From: Candidatus Latescibacterota bacterium
Lineage (GTDB): Bacteria > Latescibacterota > UBA2968 > SICM01
Direction of reading: 5' to 3'
NCBI GenBank assembly: GCA_965217865.1
Contig: CBDCJO010000002.1
Location: 2,720,001 to 2,784,000 of the forward strand
DNA: 64,000 bases
The notes beneath the pieces were generated by a model. It did no database searches, had not been told where the DNA came from, and was given only the letters and a program-made list of their open reading frames with translations. A program made the translations under genes and the position numbers. Of this stretch, positions 1-9,745 are shown piece after piece. Within the stretch, counting starts at the first letter, position 1, and each line of letters opens with the position of its first letter.

Positions 1-368
1 GGAAGCACGGTACCGAAGGACCATACGATCTGATTATGCCCGCCCTGGCCAAGGTTAGGGTCGGTACGATCTCGATGGAATATGCAACCCCGGTGGCCGG
101 CGGCCTGGGATCCCTTGCCAAATTCCCAAAGAACATCCGTTTGGGTCTGGGGTGCATTGATCATTGTGATCGGCGGATCGAATCCCCCGATGAAGTGGCG
201 GGAAGGACGGAACAGGCGATGCGATATGTGGAAAAGGAACGAATCACGTTGCATCCCGACTGCGGATTCTCTCCATCGGTTCAAAACCCCATGGATCTCG
301 ATGAAGCATACATGAAGCTGAAGGCAATGTGCCGTGGGGCTCAGATACTCCGAGATCGTCATGCATGA
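1..368 (+). CDS. Cobalamin-independent methionine synthase II (MetE-like) family protein, C-terminal part; 5' end lies outside the window
   Basis: Frame is open from the window start (KHGTEGPYDLIMPAL...). Motifs LGLGCID, IESPDEV and LHPDCGF are typical of the MetE catalytic barrel. Confidence 0.75.
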   Translation, partial: KHGTEGPYDLIMPALAKVRVGTISMEYATPVAGGLGSLAKFPKNIRLGLGCIDHCDRRIESPDEVAGRTEQAMRYVEKERITLHPDCGFSPSVQNPMDLDEAYMKLKAMCRGAQILRDRHA

Positions 369-421
369 TCATCGGCAGGAAAAGAATCCGTTTATGTATG
401 GGTGCCTGCTGGGGAAACCGC

Positions 422-451
422 TTGACATCCCTCGGAGTTCGTTTGTACCAT
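422..451 (+). promoter_or_regulatory. Putative sigma70 promoter
   Basis: TTGACA-N18-TACCAT upstream of the aminotransferase gene. Confidence 0.4.
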
Positions 452-516
452 CAATTTAAGGTGTCATAACATACTGGAGGAACTGGAGAGATCGATTTAA
501 GGAGTGAGGAGAGGAT

Positions 517-1686
517 ATGAAGCTCGCAAAACGGATGTCACGGCTGGGAACCGAAAGCGCTTTTGAGGTCCTTGTTAAGGCAAGGGCGCTGGAGGCGAAG
601 GGGATGGACGTGATCCACCTGGAAATTGGAGAGCCGGACTTTGACACGCCGGGGAATATTGTGCAAGGCGGTGTCAAAGCGCTCGAAGAGGGATGGACGC
701 ACTATGGACCTTCCGCGGGCCTTCCCGAACTTCGTGAGGCTATCGCCGAATATATCTCTCGGAGTCGGGGCATCTCAACCAACCCCGACCAGATCGTCGT
801 GACGCCTGGGGGAAAGCCGATCATGTTCTTCACGATTATCGCGCTCACCGACGAAGGGGACGAAGTCATCTACCCCAACCCCGGCTTTCCTATTTACGAG
901 TCCGTAATCGAGTTCATCGGGGGAACCCCCGTGCCCATCCGCCTCCACGAATCGAAGGAGTTTAACCTGGACGTCGATGAGCTGAAGCAGAAAATCACAC
1001 CGAAAACCAAGCTTCTGATCCTCAACTCACCCCAGAATCCAACAGGCGGTGTCATCCCTAAGGAAGACCTGAAGGAGATCGCTTCTCTCGCGGTTGAGCA
1101 CGACCTCGTGGTTCTGTCGGATGAGATCTACTCGGAAATCCTTTACGAGGGAGAGCACCACAGTATCGCGGCTTTTGACGGGATGGCTGAACGGACGATC
1201 ATCCTGGACGGATTTTCAAAAACCTTCGCCATGACCGGGTGGCGGATGGGCTACGGCGTGATGCCGGAGAAATTCGCCCACCACATCGCTCGCCTGATGA
1301 CGAATTCGAACTCCTGCACAGCCTCTTTCTCACAGCGGGCCGGCCTGGAAGGGTTGAACGGACCCTGGGATGATGTCCGCAAGATGGTGGGCGAATTTAA
1401 ACTCCGGCGCGATGTGATAGTCGATGGCCTCAACACCATTCCGGGAATCAGTTGCCTTCGACCGAAAGGGGCCTTTTACGTGTTTCCCAACGTCACGGGT
1501 GTCGGGTGGGATACGGAAAAGTTGGCCGATTATCTTCTCGAGGAGGGGGGCGTGGCCGCCCTCTCAGGAACTGCCTTCGGAAGCTATGGAAAGGACTACC
1601 TCCGACTTTCCTATGCCAACTCAGTCGACAACCTGAAAAAAGCCATCGAACGGATGGATTCCCATATCCGGCGTATCCGAAAATGA
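517..1686 (+). CDS. PLP-dependent aminotransferase class I/II (aspartate aminotransferase-like)
   Basis: 389 aa; GEPDF, NSPQNPTG, SDEIY, and GFSKTFAMTGWRMG with the PLP lysine. Confidence 0.92.
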   Translation: MKLAKRMSRLGTESAFEVLVKARALEAKGMDVIHLEIGEPDFDTPGNIVQGGVKALEEGWTHYGPSAGLPELREAIAEYISRSRGISTNPDQIVVTPGGKPIMFFTIIALTDEGDEVIYPNPGFPIYESVIEFIGGTPVPIRLHESKEFNLDVDELKQKITPKTKLLILNSPQNPTGGVIPKEDLKEIASLAVEHDLVVLSDEIYSEILYEGEHHSIAAFDGMAERTIILDGFSKTFAMTGWRMGYGVMPEKFAHHIARLMTNSNSCTASFSQRAGLEGLNGPWDDVRKMVGEFKLRRDVIVDGLNTIPGISCLRPKGAFYVFPNVTGVGWDTEKLADYLLEEGGVAALSGTAFGSYGKDYLRLSYANSVDNLKKAIERMDSHIRRIRK

Positions 1687-2408
1687 AAGCCGTTGTCCTA
1701 GCCGCAGGAAGGGGTAGACGGCTGGCCCCCTACACCGACAACCTTCCCAAGCCGATGGTGGAGGTGGGCGGAGCTCCGTTGCTCGCCCATATCCTCGGTC
1801 GCTTGAAGGCCGTTGGAATCCTTGAGGTTTTCCTGATCGTCAACTATTTGTCGGAAAAGATCGAAGGGCATTTCGGGGATGGATCTCAACATGGTTTGCG
1901 GCTAAAGTATATCCGGCAGGAAAACCCTACGGCGGGTACGGCAAATGCCCTCCTTCTTGCAGAACCTTTCGTCGGAGATGCGTCATTCCTGATGTGCTGG
2001 GGGGATATTGTTACGAACGCCTCTGAATATAGGCGGGTCATCGAACGCTTCAGCGAAGGCGGCAGCGCGATGGCCATGATCGTAAATTATGTCGAGGATA
2101 CGGCCGCAGGGGGGGCGGTATACAAGGATGAGGAAGGGCGGGTGCTGAAAATCGTGGAGAAGGCCCCCGCAGGAACACAAACGACCAAATGGAACAACGG
2201 GGGCATCTTCGTGTTTTCGTCTGGGATTTTCGATTATCTCCGTAGGACCCCGATCTCCCCCAGAGGAGAACGCGAGATACCGCAAACGATTCAAATGATG
2301 GTCGATGAGGGTCTCATCGTCCAATCCATCGAGATGATTCACGAACGGCTCGACCTGACCCGCCCCGAGGATGTCGCTCGAGTTGATGGGATCCTGAGAA
2401 AAAAGTGA
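1683..2408 (+). CDS. Sugar-phosphate nucleotidyltransferase (NTP_transferase family)
   Basis: ATG overlaps the upstream stop (ATGA); MKAVVLAAGRGRRL...PKPM, GTANA, VEK and RGERE motifs. Confidence 0.88.
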   Translation: MKAVVLAAGRGRRLAPYTDNLPKPMVEVGGAPLLAHILGRLKAVGILEVFLIVNYLSEKIEGHFGDGSQHGLRLKYIRQENPTAGTANALLLAEPFVGDASFLMCWGDIVTNASEYRRVIERFSEGGSAMAMIVNYVEDTAAGGAVYKDEEGRVLKIVEKAPAGTQTTKWNNGGIFVFSSGIFDYLRRTPISPRGEREIPQTIQMMVDEGLIVQSIEMIHERLDLTRPEDVARVDGILRKK

Positions 2409-2437
2409 AGCGCAAAGCGGGGCGCTTGGAACATTTT

Positions 2438-3181
<744 letters not shown>

Positions 3182-3452
3182 TCTGACCCTCTGGATCTAG
3201 CTTCTACGAATAGGTGGATTATACGATTATCAATCGGGCAAGGAGCCCCACTACGGACGGATCCCAAATGTAGCAACCTCAGTTGGAGGTGTCAACGGAA
3301 AATCCGGAGAGTCTTGTTTATGGAGGGTGATACGGGAGGCGGGAAGGAACTCAGATAACCATCTTGGAGTCCAAAATTCTTGCGGTGGGAGATATCGGAA
3401 AGGCCCCAGAGGATAACTTTAGAGGGAACGGGGTTGGGGAGGCAGGGACTAT

Positions 3453-4964
3453 TCAACCCCCCTTCACAGGGAAGGAAACCTCAAATCGTGTGCCTTCTCC
3501 GACCTTACTCTCAACTTGAATCTCTGCCCCGTGACGGTCGACTATCGTCTTTACGATCGCCAACCCCAATCCAGTACCCTTTCCTTCGATTTTGGTTGTG
3601 AAAAACGGTTGGAAGACGCGATCGAGATGATCCTCCGGTATCCCGGGTCCTGCGTCGCCGATGCTTGCCTCCACCCACTTTCCGTCGGAGGAGGCCTTCA
3701 AACCCAGAGTCAGGACTTGGGTGGGTTCGCTTTCCATGGCTTGGACAGCGTTTACGATCAGATTGCGTAAGACTTGTTCGATCTGAACAGAATCCCCGAT
3801 GATTTTGGGCAGAGGGGTTTGGAAGTCCGTATCGATCCTGCAGTACTTCACAACGCCTAAAGGCTTGAGCATATCCAGGACCTTGTTCATTTCATCCCCA
3901 AGGTCCAGTTCCACCTCTTTGCTCTCGACGGGTTTGCCCAGATTCAATAACTGGTGAATCAGGTCGAGCATCTGATTCACCGCGGGCTGAATGTGCTCCA
4001 ACCATACGGTCGGCTGTTCAACGTCTCCCTTCTCCAGGAACTCCAATGCCAGTTCGGTACTCCCAGAAATGGCTTGAAGAGGGGTCTTGAACTCATGAGC
4101 GATCCGTGGGGCCAATTGACCAAGGAGGGATAACCTCTCCGCATGCAGTAATTGTCTCTCCATCTGCTCGTGTTCGCTGAGGTCCTCTACGACATAGAGA
4201 TGGGCGATGCACTTTTGTTTTTCGTTAAGGATGTCCCGGCGACGCATCAATACCGGAAATGTCTTTCCATCTTTTCGGATATGTGAGTTCTTCGACTCCT
4301 TGGGACTTTTATCCAGGTCAACTTTTCGTCCCGCAACGTTGTCCTCGCCGAAAAGCTGAGAGGCAGGATGTTTCAGGATCTCGCCAACGGAATATCCATA
4401 CATCTGCTCGGCCACCCCGTTGAAGGTTAGGATATTGCCGTCTCGATCCGTTGAAAGGATGCCGAACGGGGCAGCATCTATAAGTTGTCGGAGATATCGT
4501 TCCCGCTCCACAACCTTCTCCCGGAGGTCGGATCGGGATTGAATCAAATCGCCGAGCAGGAGTCGGGAATCAACGATACGCTTCCGTTCCCTGAGAGCCT
4601 TCTCGATCCTTAGCCTCAGATCCTCTTCAGAAAACGGCTTCATCAGAAAACTTCGGGCTCCCGCCTCCAGTGCCCGAACGGCAGTGTCCCGGTCTCCCTT
4701 AGAAGTCAAAACGATGGGAATCACAGTCGGGTCGGAGGCCCTCAAGTTCTGGATCATCTCAATCCCGTTCATCCCTGAAAGGTTCACCTCGCAAATTACC
4801 ACATCAAAGAGATCCTCAGAAAAACGCTTCAGACCCTCGTCACTGGATCGGGCGAGCTGTATTCGGTGCCCCATTTCCGACAAGCTCTGATCTACGAGCT
4901 TACGAATTTCCTTGTCTTCATCCACAACCAGGATTTTCGCCGGTTGCATCGCTCGCTTCATCAA
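3453..4964 (-). CDS. REC-PAS-histidine kinase (hybrid, atypical receiver)
   Basis: N-terminal receiver, PAS domain, H-box AHEFKTPL, N-box NLIVNA, G-boxes DAGPG/FFTTK/GTGLGL. Confidence 0.9.
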   Translation of the reverse strand: MMKRAMQPAKILVVDEDKEIRKLVDQSLSEMGHRIQLARSSDEGLKRFSEDLFDVVICEVNLSGMNGIEMIQNLRASDPTVIPIVLTSKGDRDTAVRALEAGARSFLMKPFSEEDLRLRIEKALRERKRIVDSRLLLGDLIQSRSDLREKVVERERYLRQLIDAAPFGILSTDRDGNILTFNGVAEQMYGYSVGEILKHPASQLFGEDNVAGRKVDLDKSPKESKNSHIRKDGKTFPVLMRRRDILNEKQKCIAHLYVVEDLSEHEQMERQLLHAERLSLLGQLAPRIAHEFKTPLQAISGSTELALEFLEKGDVEQPTVWLEHIQPAVNQMLDLIHQLLNLGKPVESKEVELDLGDEMNKVLDMLKPLGVVKYCRIDTDFQTPLPKIIGDSVQIEQVLRNLIVNAVQAMESEPTQVLTLGLKASSDGKWVEASIGDAGPGIPEDHLDRVFQPFFTTKIEGKGTGLGLAIVKTIVDRHGAEIQVESKVGEGTRFEVSFPVKGG

Positions 4965-5051
4965 AATCGATCCTTTCTCCGAACGCCTTCCCCCTGTCTC
5001 CGATCTTTACAGCGATGCCTTTCGAATAATTTCCCTTTTCCCGATCCAGAT

Positions 5052-5765
5052 TTAGGAAACCGAAGGCTCGATTTCCTTGACGGTGTCCTCATCCGGGACG
5101 CCGTTTGCGTTTGTGTTGCAGACCTGGTCTTCCAATCGTTCCATGTTTCGTCGTATGTCCGACATCAATCCCGGCATTTCGTTTAAAATAAAATCAACCC
5201 GCCGTTGAACTGCGGGATCCTCCGACCGGCAGGTTTTGAGGTGCCCCCCTAAGGTGTCCCAGAACACCTCGAAGCTCTGGAGATCTTCCATAACCGAAGT
5301 CACCGCGTTTTGTATCTGCAGGTTTGAGGCGGCCGGACTTTCCCCTGAACCCTGCCCGGGACGCAAAAGGTTCTTATAATCCTCCAAAACCTGTGACTCC
5401 AGCCGATTGCGATCCTCGATCCGCTCCACGCAGGTCAGGAACTCATTGAATTTGATCGGTTTTTTAAGGTAGTCATAAGCCCCTTCTTGGAGAGCCGCTA
5501 CAGCCGCGTTTTCGTCTCCATGCCCCGTTATCAAGATAACCGGAGTCCCCGGAAATCTCACCCTGACGGCCCGAAGAAAATCTAGGCCGTTCATCTTCGG
5601 CATGCGAATATCGCTGACGATTAAGCCGATGTCCCCCCGTACTTCCAATAAATTCAACGCCTTCGCACCATCCCCAGCGGAGACTACATTGTGACCGCAA
5701 TCGACCAGAAAATCCCCGACAACCTGAAGGATGGATTCTTCGTCGTCTACTAGCAATATGTTCAT
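5052..5765 (-). CDS. Response regulator receiver with a helical C-terminal domain (degenerate DHp-like)
   Basis: LLVDDE, SDIRMP, ITGHG and KP receiver motifs; no DNA-binding output recognisable. Confidence 0.8.
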   Translation of the reverse strand: MNILLVDDEESILQVVGDFLVDCGHNVVSAGDGAKALNLLEVRGDIGLIVSDIRMPKMNGLDFLRAVRVRFPGTPVILITGHGDENAAVAALQEGAYDYLKKPIKFNEFLTCVERIEDRNRLESQVLEDYKNLLRPGQGSGESPAASNLQIQNAVTSVMEDLQSFEVFWDTLGGHLKTCRSEDPAVQRRVDFILNEMPGLMSDIRRNMERLEDQVCNTNANGVPDEDTVKEIEPSVS

Positions 5766-5837
5766 CGATCCTCTCCTTGAACAGCCCAGAACTTAACCAA
5801 TTTTAACTTACGATCTTCCTTGCCTGGGGTCTTAAAG

Positions 5838-5853
5838 TGCAATTATCGTTCCA
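5838..5853 (-). promoter_or_regulatory. sigma54 (-24/-12) promoter
   Basis: Minus strand TGGAACGATAATTGCA (GG-N10-GC), about 70 nt upstream of the ATG at 5765; an NtrC-type activator gene lies nearby. Confidence 0.7.
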
Positions 5854-5969
5854 CATACGAGAATTTGCCATAATTTGCTTAATTTTCAGGGGTTAAACTA
5901 AATTCTTCCCGGTCTTGATGGAATTCATAATTATCAAATGTTGATAGAAAAAGTTGCTGAAAAGGCGAC

Positions 5970-6350
5970 TTACACCGACCCCAATGGTCCCGTGACCTTC
6001 TCCAAAATGGCATCCAGATCTAACAGGCGAATCGGTTTTACTAGGAGTTCAACCGCCCCAAGCCTCAGGGCTTCATCCGCCATCTCGACATTTCCGTGAC
6101 CGGTGATGATGACCACCGGCATCTCGGGCTGATGTTCCCGAAATCGGGTCAGAAGAGAAATTCCATCGATGCCGGGCATCCTGACATCTACAAAAGCAAG
6201 ATCATAGCTGGAACTTTCCACCGCTTCCAAAGCCGATGGGCCGTCAAAAGCCCGGTCCACCCGGTGACCGCAATCACTCAGGTAGTCCCCGATCGTCTGG
6301 TGGACAATCTCCTCATCGTCAACCAGCAGGATATCCAAGGAGTGCTCCAC
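5970..6350 (-). CDS. Single-domain response regulator
   Basis: 126 aa; LLVDDE, VDVRMP, ITGHG, KP. Confidence 0.88.
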   Translation of the reverse strand: MEHSLDILLVDDEEIVHQTIGDYLSDCGHRVDRAFDGPSALEAVESSSYDLAFVDVRMPGIDGISLLTRFREHQPEMPVVIITGHGNVEMADEALRLGAVELLVKPIRLLDLDAILEKVTGPLGSV

Positions 6351-6427
6351 GTCTTTTGGACCTCCAACCGATTAGAATTCCTGAGCCTCAGATTGACGGA
6401 TAGACCCGTGTGGGTAAACGAAAGGGT

Positions 6428-7807
6428 TCAAGTAATACCAAACTTTTGAAGCTTATACCGCAGAGTTGAATAAGGCATCCCCAGGTCTTTTGCCGCTTGA
6501 CGCCTGTTCCATTTTGCGGCTTCCAGGGCGTTTAAAATTTGGGACCTTTCCTGTTCATGATGATCGCCGCCTAAGCTCGGCGCGGCAGCGGCCGCTTCTC
6601 CCGAACCCTCGGGCAAGTTGAAATGTTCCGCCTGAATCTGTCCTGACCGAGAAAGGATGGCCGCCCGTTCGACCAGATTGCGAAGTTCACGGGCGTTCCC
6701 TGGAAAATGGTATTCCATTAGCATTTTTTTGGTGTCCGGTGAGAAGCCGTCAAATTCAAGGCCTCTCGTCGCCGAATAGATAGAGAGGAAGTGCTCAGCG
6801 AGAGGCATAATATCATCACGGCGCTCCTTGAGCGGGGAAAGATGGATCGAGAAGACGTTCAATCTGTAGAACAGGTCCCGGCGGAATTTCCCGTTATCCA
6901 CATAGGATTCAAGCGGAGCGTTTGTGGCGGCAATCACCCGAATATCGACGCTAATCTCTTTGGCACCTCCCACACGCCTGAGCGTTCGGGTTTCTAGGAC
7001 CCGGAGCAGCGCCGCCTGAGTGGCGCTGCTCAGATCTGCAACTTCGTCCAGGAAGAGTGTGCCTTCGTCTGAGAGTTCGAAATACCCCGCCCTGTCTCCC
7101 GTGGCCCCGGTGAAGGAACCCTTTACGTGGCCGAATAACTCGCTCTCCACCAGGGAATCCAGAAGAGCAGGACAGCTTACTGCAATAAACGGACGATCGT
7201 CCGAACTCCCCTGAAAGTGAATTTCACGGGCAACGACCTCTTTTCCAGTTCCCGTCTCCCCCGTGATCAATATCGTCTCACACTTCGCTTCTACCGCCTG
7301 CCGGATCTGTGCGCGCAATTTTTTGGTTTTGGTGCTGGACCCCACCAGACTTCGATTCCGGGTCCTGATGTCATCCGAAGCTTGAATGCCACCGATGGTC
7401 TCCCGGAGGTGACGCCTGTCCTGGCGCAATTCCCTGATCCGCATTGCTTTTTCCAGCACAGCGTCCAGTTCGAGCAGTTTGACCGGTTTGGTCAGGAAAT
7501 CGGCCGCGCCCATTCTCAAGGCCTGAATCGCCATCTCCATGCTTCCGTGTCCGGTGATGATCACGAACGACAGCTCTGGTCGAATTTCCTGAACCTTTTT
7601 TAAGAGGGTGAACCCATCCATCCCGGGCATCCGGACGTCTACCAGGCCCAGATCATAATCGACCGCTTCCATCGACTTCAACGCGGCAATCCCGTCGGAA
7701 ACATCGTCCACCTGCTGCCCCAATTCACGCAAGTACCCGGAAATGGTCTCTCGAACAGAATCTTCGTCGTCAGCCAGTAGGATGCGAAGTGAACCTTCCA
7801 TGTTCAA
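6428..7807 (-). CDS. sigma54-dependent NtrC-family response regulator (REC-AAA+-Fis HTH)
   Basis: GETGTGKE, ESELFGHVKGSFTGA, FLDEV, FRRDLFYRL, FPGNAREL and a C-terminal HTH. Confidence 0.95.
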   Translation of the reverse strand: MNMEGSLRILLADDEDSVRETISGYLRELGQQVDDVSDGIAALKSMEAVDYDLGLVDVRMPGMDGFTLLKKVQEIRPELSFVIITGHGSMEMAIQALRMGAADFLTKPVKLLELDAVLEKAMRIRELRQDRRHLRETIGGIQASDDIRTRNRSLVGSSTKTKKLRAQIRQAVEAKCETILITGETGTGKEVVAREIHFQGSSDDRPFIAVSCPALLDSLVESELFGHVKGSFTGATGDRAGYFELSDEGTLFLDEVADLSSATQAALLRVLETRTLRRVGGAKEISVDIRVIAATNAPLESYVDNGKFRRDLFYRLNVFSIHLSPLKERRDDIMPLAEHFLSIYSATRGLEFDGFSPDTKKMLMEYHFPGNARELRNLVERAAILSRSGQIQAEHFNLPEGSGEAAAAAPSLGGDHHEQERSQILNALEAAKWNRRQAAKDLGMPYSTLRYKLQKFGIT

Positions 7808-9681
7808 GACCCTTCTTTAGGACTCTCGCTTTTCCCGGCATTGTCCGGTTCTTTGCTTGCCTGCGGGAGATAGATGCTCACATTGGTCCCCTCCCCGGGG
7901 GTGGATTCAACTTGGATGGTTCCGCCGAAATCCTCAACAATCGACTTTGAAATGGCCAGGCCCAATCCCGTCCCTTTATCAGGATCTTTTGTTGTGAAGA
8001 ACGGATCGAAGACCTTTGCGAGGACATCTTTGGGTATCCCGGAGCCCGTATCGATGACCTCGATCCTGACCTGTTGATCCGGACCTTCCCCACCGTTTAC
8101 TCCCGTCCGAACCATGACTTGCCCCTTGGAGATATCCGTGTCATCCCTAGTCTTTCCCTCAATCGCGTCTCGGGCGTTGTTCAAGAGGTTCAGAATCACC
8201 TCCTCCAACGAGAACGGGTTTGCGAAGACCAACGGTAGGCCTTCCGACAATTCCGAAGCCAATTCCAGACCGTGGGACCTGAACTGGGCGCCCAGCATTT
8301 CCATCCCGGACCGGACCACGTCGTTGGCCTGTACGGGCACGGGATTCGGCCTCCCAGCTTCCCTGGCAAACATTCTGACGTGTTCTATGATATGAACCAT
8401 CCGGTCTGCTTGCTCAACCACACGGGTCAGCCTGTCCCGGAGTTTCTCCTCGGTAAGATCCCATCCCCTGTCCATGGCAATCAGGATATGTTCGGCAAGC
8501 CCGCGGACACCCACCAGGGGTTGGTTGAGCTCGTGTGCGATGCCCGCAGCCATCTCTCCCAGAGACCTTAAACGGTCGGAACGCATGCTCAACGCCCGTT
8601 GGGTTTCCAATTCGCGCTGTGCATCCCGCAAGGCTTCCTCTGCACGCTTCCGCTCTGTGATATCCCTATCGATCCCTCGGTATCCGCGAAAAGTACCCTC
8701 TGCATCGAAGAACGGGTGAGCGCTGGTTTCCAAAACGATCAGATCATCCTCTTTACCCAGGTTTGTGTTTTCGAGCAATGTGAAGGGTCTTTGGGAGGCG
8801 ACGGTGGGACACCAGATCCCGGCCACCCGCCGCGCTTCTTCGGGGGGCATAAAATCGAATGGTGTCTTCCCGATCATCTCTTCGGGCTCATATCCCAATA
8901 TCTCTTTTACGGTTGGGCTGACATAGGTGTAGAAAATGTCCTCATTGACCTCCCAAACGAGGTCGCTGGTGGTTTCGACCAGATTGCGGAAGCGCTCCTC
9001 GCTTTCCCGAAGGGCTTGCTCAATCCGTTTGCGTTCGGTTATCTCACTCTCCAAATCGTCGAAAATTTGAACGCTGTTCAGAGCGATTGCAACCTGGCCG
9101 GTGACAATCCTCATGAGCCGTTCGTCCTCGGCGACAAAGGCATTGGGATGGGGATGACTCATGTTGACAACGCCGATGACTTCATTGTCGATAACAAGGG
9201 GAAGGCAGAGGATTGAGCGGATGGAACCAGCGGGTTTCGTGAAGGCCACAAACCGTCTGTCTTTTGTGATGTCTGAAATCGAAATGGGCTTTCGTTGTTC
9301 CGCAACCCAACCTGCAATTCCCTCTCCAACCTTGAAACTCCGTTGGGTGTCCGCCTGGGTATCGTAATAGCTCACGGAAGGATCCGTTTGGCCACGGGCA
9401 GCCTTGATGATAAGCTCACCGGTCTCTTTGTTCATCAACATAAGGGAACAGTTTTCCGCGTTGGTTTCATCGATTATGGTGTCGATGATCAACTCGAACA
9501 CCCGACGGACCTCGCGAGTGTATTTTAGCGAGTCCCCGATTCGTCGAACCACAGATAGTTCTCGGACTTTTTCCTCGAACTGCTGTATCGTCCGGGTCAA
9601 CTCTTTAGCGAAGATCTCCCGCTGGGCTATCGCCCGATTCAATTCGTCGTGGGTCTCTTTAACCTGGTTGGACTTATCCAT
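7804..9681 (-). CDS. GAF-PAS sensor histidine kinase
   Basis: GAF (GEGIAGWVA), PAS/PAC (RDITERKRAE), AHELNQPL, FFTTK/GTGLGL; overlaps the NtrC start. Confidence 0.93.
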   Translation of the reverse strand: MDKSNQVKETHDELNRAIAQREIFAKELTRTIQQFEEKVRELSVVRRIGDSLKYTREVRRVFELIIDTIIDETNAENCSLMLMNKETGELIIKAARGQTDPSVSYYDTQADTQRSFKVGEGIAGWVAEQRKPISISDITKDRRFVAFTKPAGSIRSILCLPLVIDNEVIGVVNMSHPHPNAFVAEDERLMRIVTGQVAIALNSVQIFDDLESEITERKRIEQALRESEERFRNLVETTSDLVWEVNEDIFYTYVSPTVKEILGYEPEEMIGKTPFDFMPPEEARRVAGIWCPTVASQRPFTLLENTNLGKEDDLIVLETSAHPFFDAEGTFRGYRGIDRDITERKRAEEALRDAQRELETQRALSMRSDRLRSLGEMAAGIAHELNQPLVGVRGLAEHILIAMDRGWDLTEEKLRDRLTRVVEQADRMVHIIEHVRMFAREAGRPNPVPVQANDVVRSGMEMLGAQFRSHGLELASELSEGLPLVFANPFSLEEVILNLLNNARDAIEGKTRDDTDISKGQVMVRTGVNGGEGPDQQVRIEVIDTGSGIPKDVLAKVFDPFFTTKDPDKGTGLGLAISKSIVEDFGGTIQVESTPGEGTNVSIYLPQASKEPDNAGKSESPKEGS

Positions 9682-9745
9682 ATCTTGTTCTCAGGTATTG
9701 ATATGGTCTTCAGAACCCATACCCGATAGCGGCAAATGAGCCAGT

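Noticed and set aside
1452-1682. N-terminal extension of the 318-aa ORF
   Set aside because: It overlaps the aminotransferase in another frame; the family motif starts at ATG 1683.
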